A DNA stretch of 64,000 nt from Polyangiales bacterium (GTDB taxonomy: Bacteria; Myxococcota_A; Polyangia; Polyangiales; Ga0077539). Below are positions 58,274 to 64,000 of this stretch, in pieces. Position 1 is the stretch's first letter; each line of letters starts with the position of its first letter. The notes beneath the pieces are model-generated. The model was given only the letters and a program-made list of their open reading frames with translations, was not told the origin of the DNA and ran no database searches. The stretch is taken from positions 1 through 64,000 of the forward strand of contig JBGARZ010000003.1 in the NCBI GenBank assembly GCA_044229975.1. The letters run 5' to 3'. The translations under genes and the position numbers were made by a program.

Positions 58274-60925
58274 TCAGCGGCTCGCGCTGCCGTGCCCGAG
58301 CGTCGCCTCGACCAGCACGAACTTGTTGCCCTCGGCCTCGGTGCTGATGGTGCGCCCCGTGCCGCCGGTCTGCGTGATAAGCGCCAGCAGGCCCTGCACC
58401 CGCGAGTGCTCGGTGACGAAAAACGCCCGCTGTCCGGGGTGCTCGCGGATCCACTCGGCGGTGGTGCCGGTGCAGTACTTGAGCCCGCACTCCATCGCGA
58501 CGAGGTGGTTGCCGGTGTAGAAGTTCTCGCCCTTCCAGTTCATCTGGTGGGCGATGAGGGGATCGAAGGCGAAGCGCGGGTCGGCGTTGGGCGCCGGGCG
58601 CGGACGCCGCCGGGCGTAGTACCGCTCGAAGAGCGGGCGCTGCGACCAGTGGGGCGTCAGCGCGATCATGTAGTAGTCGAGCGACCAGCCGGCGAAGAGC
58701 ACCGCGAGGCACACCAGCGCCCCAGCCATCGCGCCCCGGATGCGCGGCACCGCGAGCAGCACCAGCAGCAGGGCCGCGACCACCGTGAACGCCAGCAGCA
58801 TCGGCGAGAAGTCGAGAAACCTCGTCGGCCAGGCGCGGTCGTAGTTGTAGACGAAGAGATGGATGAGCCGCTCGCTGCCGGGCGGCGAGCTGCGGCGGGC
58901 CACGAGGTCGCGCCCCACGAGGCCCGTCACGCAAGCGCCGAGGATGCCCAGCGCGCCCAGCATCGAGTCCCAACGCGATGATGCGGCCGGGTCGCGGCGA
59001 TCCATCCGCCAGGAGGCCAGGAGCGCCGTCACTCCCACGCCCACCAGGGCGCCACCGAGCGCGGGGTTGCCGCTCAGGGCGTCGCCGTGCTCGCCGAGAT
59101 GTCCGCTCCACGAGCCCGCGGCGCGCGCGACACCTGCGACGAGCAGGGCCACACCCACGAGCCGGGCGAGCCAGAGGTCCCACTGCGGCGCGGTGTCTTC
59201 CTTCGCCTCGGGCATGAGCCGGTTGAGGAGGAGGCCCACCATCACCGCGGCGCCGGGGAGCGCCGGGAAGATGTAGTGGTGAAACTTGGTGACCATCGCG
59301 CTGAAGAGCACGAAGGCCACGGCGAACCACATGAGCCCGATGCGGGCGACGTCGCGCTGCGCCTGCGTCGCGCTCGCCGGGACCACCACGCGACCGGCCA
59401 TGATGGCGACCGGCACGAGGCCCGACCACGGGAACATCGCGTACCCGAGCTGCCACAGGAAGTAGCGCACGGGCCCCGTGTCGCCGTGCACGCCGACCAT
59501 CGTGCGGTTGATGATGTCGTGGATGATGAAGCGCTGGATGAACTCGTACCCGAGGCGCCCGGTGATGGCGACGTACCAGGGCATCCCGACGAGCAGGAAC
59601 AGCAGCACACCGAGCCCGAGGCGGATCTCCTTGAGTTCGCGCCAGCGCCCCGAGCCCGCGTAGTGGAGCAGCGCAACGGCGCCAGGGATGGCGAGACCGG
59701 CGGGGCCCTTGCCCATCGTCGCGACGGCGCACCACACGTAGAAGAGCGCGAAGTAGAGGCCGCGCTGACTGCGCTCGCGACGGATGCCCCAGAGCGCCCA
59801 CACGAGCAGCGCCGACCAGATGAGACCCTGAAGAACCGACGGGAAGAAGGGCACCGCGCCCGCGAGACGCTCCCAGGCGGGAGAGCCCGGCACGTTGGGT
59901 GCGCCGCCGACGCCAGAGTTGCCTGCGGAGCCGATGTAGAAGGTCTCGACGGGAAACTGGATGGGGCCCAGTCGGTTGGCCGCGAGCATGCGGCCGCACT
60001 GCTGCGCGTTGGCGTCGGCGGTGCAGCCGAGCGCGACGGTGCGGGTGAGGAGGTACGTGACCTGCGGGAGCACGAACAGCAGCACCGCGCCGACGGTGAG
60101 ATGCCAGAGCGAGACCCTCAGCGTGAAGCGCCCGATGCGGATGGCGCGGGCCTTCGCAAGCTCGGACGGGTCGCTCACCACCGCGAGCGTGAACATGCTC
60201 AGGGCGAGCGTGAGCGACGCCACGAAGGGCATGTCGGTCATCGCCTGGTGCGTGAGGAAGAACCACTGCGGCATGGTGGCGAGCACCAGCGCGGCGAGCA
60301 TCCCGGCGCGCGGCCCCCAGGCGCGCGAGACGGCGCGGTAGAGGGCCCAGAGCGCGCCCATCGCGAGCGCGCAGATGGGCAGCCGGATGAACCACTCCTG
60401 GAGGTTGGGGCCCGCGTCGGCCGCGATGCGCACGCCAAAGGGCGCGCCGAGCGACATGCCGAGGGCGCTCATCCAGAAGATGAGCACCGGCTTCGACATG
60501 AACCACCCTTCCTGGGCCCACCAGGTGGTGATCCAGTCGTCGCGGGCGAGGATCTCGCGGGCCACCTCGGAGTAGTGCGTCTCCCACGGGTCCCAGAGCC
60601 CGAACGCCCCGGCCATCGGCAGGTACAGCGCGCCGGTGACGAGCACCACGATGACGCCCTCGCGGCGCCACCACGGGCGAGCATCGATGACGGGCTCGAC
60701 CTCGTCGCCGCGCAGGTCGAGGGGCGAGTCGCCGAGCAGCCCGAGGATGCCCACCACCGCGACCAGCACCAGCGCGATGCCAAGCCACGCGCCGGCGGGG
60801 AAGTGCCCCGGCCAGCGCATCAGCCCGGCGAGCAGCACCAGCGGCGCGATGGTCAACGCGAGGTCGCGCTTCCGTCGGGCGGGCACGTCGTGGGCGGTGT
60901 CGATCTCCGCTTCGCGATACGCCAT
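58274..60925 (-). CDS. ArnT/GT83-like (GT-C fold) glycosyltransferase, paralog 2
   Basis: WDPWETHYSEVARE, SKPVL, MTDMPF, KGPAG, PWY, TKFHHY; multiple TM helices. Confidence 0.9.
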   Translation of the reverse strand: MAYREAEIDTAHDVPARRKRDLALTIAPLVLLAGLMRWPGHFPAGAWLGIALVLVAVVGILGLLGDSPLDLRGDEVEPVIDARPWWRREGVIVVLVTGALYLPMAGAFGLWDPWETHYSEVAREILARDDWITTWWAQEGWFMSKPVLIFWMSALGMSLGAPFGVRIAADAGPNLQEWFIRLPICALAMGALWALYRAVSRAWGPRAGMLAALVLATMPQWFFLTHQAMTDMPFVASLTLALSMFTLAVVSDPSELAKARAIRIGRFTLRVSLWHLTVGAVLLFVLPQVTYLLTRTVALGCTADANAQQCGRMLAANRLGPIQFPVETFYIGSAGNSGVGGAPNVPGSPAWERLAGAVPFFPSVLQGLIWSALLVWALWGIRRERSQRGLYFALFYVWCAVATMGKGPAGLAIPGAVALLHYAGSGRWRELKEIRLGLGVLLFLLVGMPWYVAITGRLGYEFIQRFIIHDIINRTMVGVHGDTGPVRYFLWQLGYAMFPWSGLVPVAIMAGRVVVPASATQAQRDVARIGLMWFAVAFVLFSAMVTKFHHYIFPALPGAAVMVGLLLNRLMPEAKEDTAPQWDLWLARLVGVALLVAGVARAAGSWSGHLGEHGDALSGNPALGGALVGVGVTALLASWRMDRRDPAASSRWDSMLGALGILGACVTGLVGRDLVARRSSPPGSERLIHLFVYNYDRAWPTRFLDFSPMLLAFTVVAALLLVLLAVPRIRGAMAGALVCLAVLFAGWSLDYYMIALTPHWSQRPLFERYYARRRPRPAPNADPRFAFDPLIAHQMNWKGENFYTGNHLVAMECGLKYCTGTTAEWIREHPGQRAFFVTEHSRVQGLLALITQTGGTGRTISTEAEGNKFVLVEATLGHGSASR

Positions 60926-60935
60926 CGGTGGGTTC

Positions 60936-63824
60936 CTAACGTGCCGCGGACGGAGCGGCGGCCGCGGGGCGACCGGCGCCCGCCGTCGCCTCGATGAGCA
61001 CGAACTTGTTCTGGTCCCACTCGTCGGTGACCTCGCGCGCGGTGCCGCCCGCGGCGGTCACCTGCGAGACCACGTTGGAGCCGTGCGTGCGCTCGGTGAC
61101 GAAGTACATCCGCTGCCCGCGGTGGCGCTCCAGCCACTGCCGCAGGTGGTTGGAGCAGAACGGCAGGTCGCCGCAGTCCAACATCGCGCAGCGACCGCCG
61201 GTGTAGAAGTTCTCGCCCTTCCAGTTCATCTGGTAGGCGCCGATGGGGTCGTGGTCGTAGCGGGCGTCCTCGCCCTCGCGGCCGTCCACCGAGCGCGCAT
61301 GACGACTGGCGTAGTAGCGCTCGAAGAGTGACCGCTGCGACCAGTGCCGCGACACGTCGACCATGTAGAAGTCGAGGCCCCACAGCGCGAACACGAAGGC
61401 CACGGCCACCATCGCGCGCGCCGCCATCGGTCGCGCCCGGTGCACCACGAGGCCCGCGCATGCGATCACCGCCACGACGCCGAAGCCCACGAGGATCGCG
61501 TGGTAGTTGAACGACCGCGCCGGCCACATGCGCTCGTACTGATAGGTGAAGAGCTGCAAGAGCCGCTGGTACCCGGGCGGCCGCGAGTTGCCGTCGTATG
61601 CGAGGTCGCGCGCCACAAAGGCCAGCACCGCGGCGCCAGCCACGCCCATCGCGCCGAGGCTAATGGCCCGGTACGCGTTGACGTCGCGCCCGAGCGCCAG
61701 CGCCTTCTCGGCTCGCTCGGGCGTATCAGCCTCCTGCAAACCGTAGAGGAGACCGTCACCCTCGATGTCGTCCTCGGAGCCCTTCGCGAACCACCACGAC
61801 GCCACCAGCCCTGCGACGCCGACTGCGCAGAGCACCACGCCGAGCGTCGTGTTGCCGGGCAAAGGCGTGCCCTCGGCCGCGCGCGGGACGATGCCGCGCG
61901 CCGATCCGACGAAGCTCGCGACGCCGACCACCAGCGCCGTCACGCCCACGCCGAGCGACCCGATGGAGGCACCCGCGTTGCGACCGCGGGCGAGCGACGA
62001 CTTGCCGAGCAGCCGGTCGAGCAGGAGCCCGACCATCACCGCCGCGCCCGGAATCGACGGCGCGATGTAGTGGTGGAACTTCGTGATCATCGCGCTGAAG
62101 AGCACGAACGTGAGGACGAACCAGAGCGTTCCGATGCGGGCCACGGCGCGCTGCGCGGCGGTCGCTTCGGGCGGGACGATCTGCCGCCAGCCGACGAGCG
62201 CGACGGGCACGAGGCCCGACCACGGGAACATCGCGTACCCGAGCTGCCAGATGAAGTAGCGCACCGAGCCGGTGTCGCCGTGCACGCCGACGACGGTGCG
62301 GTTGATGATGTCGTGCACCACGAAGCGGTCGAAGAACTCGTTGCCCAGGCGCCCGAGAATCGCGACGTACCAGGGCATCGCCACGACGAGGAACACCAGC
62401 GCGCCGGTGAAGGGGCGCGCACGACGGAGCAGCGACCAGTCCTTCGAGGAGACGAGGTACGCGCCCGCGATGGCGACCGGGATGACGAGCCCGGCGGGGC
62501 CCTTGCCCATGGTGCTGACGGCGCACCAGATGTAGAAGAGGACGAAGTAGAGGTCCTTCGCGCGGCGCTCGCGGCGCAGCACCGAGAGGGAGACCCCGCC
62601 CAGGATGGTCCAGAGCAGCCCCTGCAACACCGAGGGGAAGAAGGGGATCACGTTGAGCAGGCGCTCCCACTTGGGCGAGCCCGGGACGCTGTGCTCCAGG
62701 GTGTCGGCGCTGTTGCCCGCCGACCCGTAGAAGTACGTCTCCACGGGGAACTGCCGACCGCCCAGGCGGTTCATCCGCAGCATCTCCTCGCACTGCACCA
62801 TGCGAGCGTCCTCGGGGCAGGACACCACCATGGCGCGCGTGAGCAGGTACATGATCTGCGGCACGGCGAGCAGCAGGAAGAGCCCGATGGCCGAGTGCCA
62901 GAGCGACCAGCGGAAGCTCAGCCCGAAGAGGTTGACCTTGTAGGGCGCGCCCACGCGATCGCCCGACGTGATTGCCAGCATCAGCATCGACACCGCGAGC
63001 ACCAGCGGCCCGATGAAGGGCATGTCGGTCATCGCCTGGTGCGCGAGGAAGAACCAGTGCGGCATGGTCGCCAGCACGAAGGCCACAAGCATCCCCGCGC
63101 GGCGGCCGAAGGCGCTCGCGACGGCGCGATAGAGGCCCCAGAGCGCGAGCATCGCGAGGAGCGCGATGGGCACGCGGATGCACCACTCCTGAAACTGCGG
63201 CCCGCCGTCGGGCGCGGTCTTCAGACCGAAGAGCGAACCCACGCCCATGCCGAGAGCGCTCATCCAGAAGATGAGCACCGGCTTCGACATGAACCACCCC
63301 TCCTGGCCCCACCAGGTGGTGATCCAGTCGTCGCGCGAGAGGATCTCGCGGGCCACCTCGGAGTAGTGCGTCTCCCACGGATCCCAGAGGCCGTACGCGC
63401 CCGCCATCGGCAGATAGAGCGCGCCCGCGAAGAGCACCACCCAGAAGCCTTCGCGCTTCCACCACGGGCCGCGCGGCTCGTCGTCGACGCTCGATTGCTC
63501 GTCGCCGCGGAGCACCAGCGGCGAGTCGCCGAGCAGACCGAAGAAGCCCACCACCGCGACCACGGCGAGCAGCATTCCGAGCGGAACCCCCACGCGCAGG
63601 TGACCCTGTCGGGTCATCAAGACCGCGAGGCCGACGATGCCGGTGGCGGTGAGCGCCCAGTCGATGGGGCGTGGGCGACGCGGCGTGGCCCGCGGGGAGA
63701 TCACCGGCGGCGCCGTGACCTCGGGCGGAGCGACGTCGGAGGTCGTCGCGGCCACCTCGGGCACCGCATCCGACCCACCCTCAACAACAACGTTCTCGCC
63801 TGCTTCTTCTGTCTCGGCCGACAT
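60936..63824 (-). CDS. ArnT/GT83-like (GT-C fold) glycosyltransferase, paralog 1
   Basis: Same motif set as the downstream paralog. Confidence 0.9.
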   Translation of the reverse strand: MSAETEEAGENVVVEGGSDAVPEVAATTSDVAPPEVTAPPVISPRATPRRPRPIDWALTATGIVGLAVLMTRQGHLRVGVPLGMLLAVVAVVGFFGLLGDSPLVLRGDEQSSVDDEPRGPWWKREGFWVVLFAGALYLPMAGAYGLWDPWETHYSEVAREILSRDDWITTWWGQEGWFMSKPVLIFWMSALGMGVGSLFGLKTAPDGGPQFQEWCIRVPIALLAMLALWGLYRAVASAFGRRAGMLVAFVLATMPHWFFLAHQAMTDMPFIGPLVLAVSMLMLAITSGDRVGAPYKVNLFGLSFRWSLWHSAIGLFLLLAVPQIMYLLTRAMVVSCPEDARMVQCEEMLRMNRLGGRQFPVETYFYGSAGNSADTLEHSVPGSPKWERLLNVIPFFPSVLQGLLWTILGGVSLSVLRRERRAKDLYFVLFYIWCAVSTMGKGPAGLVIPVAIAGAYLVSSKDWSLLRRARPFTGALVFLVVAMPWYVAILGRLGNEFFDRFVVHDIINRTVVGVHGDTGSVRYFIWQLGYAMFPWSGLVPVALVGWRQIVPPEATAAQRAVARIGTLWFVLTFVLFSAMITKFHHYIAPSIPGAAVMVGLLLDRLLGKSSLARGRNAGASIGSLGVGVTALVVGVASFVGSARGIVPRAAEGTPLPGNTTLGVVLCAVGVAGLVASWWFAKGSEDDIEGDGLLYGLQEADTPERAEKALALGRDVNAYRAISLGAMGVAGAAVLAFVARDLAYDGNSRPPGYQRLLQLFTYQYERMWPARSFNYHAILVGFGVVAVIACAGLVVHRARPMAARAMVAVAFVFALWGLDFYMVDVSRHWSQRSLFERYYASRHARSVDGREGEDARYDHDPIGAYQMNWKGENFYTGGRCAMLDCGDLPFCSNHLRQWLERHRGQRMYFVTERTHGSNVVSQVTAAGGTAREVTDEWDQNKFVLIEATAGAGRPAAAAPSAAR

Positions 63825-63934
63825 GGGGCGCCCGTATTACCAGAATCCTGACGGCGCGGGGCGTCCGCTCGTTGCGGCACTGCGGCATCGCACCAGCGAC
63901 CCGTGGTAGAACGCCGCCGCACACCCCATCGACC

Positions 63935-64000
63935 GCGAGGATGGCGGAACTGGCAGACGCGCCGGACTTAGGATCCGGTGTTTTACGACGTGCGGGTTCA
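63935..64000 (+). tRNA. tRNA-Leu(TAG), 3' end truncated by the window edge
   Basis: GCGAGGATGGCGGAACTGGCAGACGCG; anticodon stem CCGGA/TCCGG around loop CTTAGGA (TAG at 63969-63971); long variable arm; GGTTCA T-loop start. Confidence 0.95.

Noticed and set aside
58269..60788. N-terminal ~840 aa of the 1101-aa ORF 57483-60788
   Set aside because: Alternate frame of the ArnT-like gene; only the part from ATG 58268 looks like real protein.
63935..64000. tRNA as an integration site for an island within this window
   Set aside because: The tRNA 3' end points out of the window; no integrase or duplicated att sequence seen here.

Overview
High-GC, tightly packed core-genome window, most likely from a myxobacterium (Myxococcota, probably Polyangia). 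This taxonomy is inferred from the Myxococcus-type Cys-rich repeat, PEGA Ser/Thr kinase and Myxococcus-type pilA/pilG/pilR genes; the 16S fragment is too short to classify. The window runs from the 5' tip of a minus-strand 16S rRNA gene (with boxA and tandem sigma70 promoters) to a truncated tRNA-Leu(TAG). Between them lie about 41 protein genes: alpha-2-macroglobulin/pbpC, an orphan truncated TssM, acyl-CoA dehydrogenase, uvrA, pdxA, an uncharacterised envelope cluster (HEAT protein, beta-propeller/HEAT lipoprotein, Ig-cytochrome c, DsbA), a Ser/Thr kinase, pilR-pilA-pilG, hutUI, ileS-lspA-lgt, two-component genes, lysC, two Uma2-like nuclease-fold genes and two tandem ArnT-like glycosyltransferases. 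No CRISPR array, prophage or transposase was seen. Most notable oddities: (1) an IleRS whose KMSKS motif reads PYAKN and is followed by a ~60-aa insertion; (2) a recurring -10 hexamer 6-9 nt before many start codons, suggesting widespread leaderless mRNAs; (3) a stand-alone, C-terminally shortened TssM; (4) a YktB/DUF1054-like domain fused to a NusG-type KOW domain; (5) a DUF4058 gene with both putative catalytic acids changed to Ala, next to a 32-bp inverted-repeat element; (6) a cytochrome-c lipoprotein whose signal peptide has no canonical start codon. All family calls come from motif recognition by eye, with no database searches.
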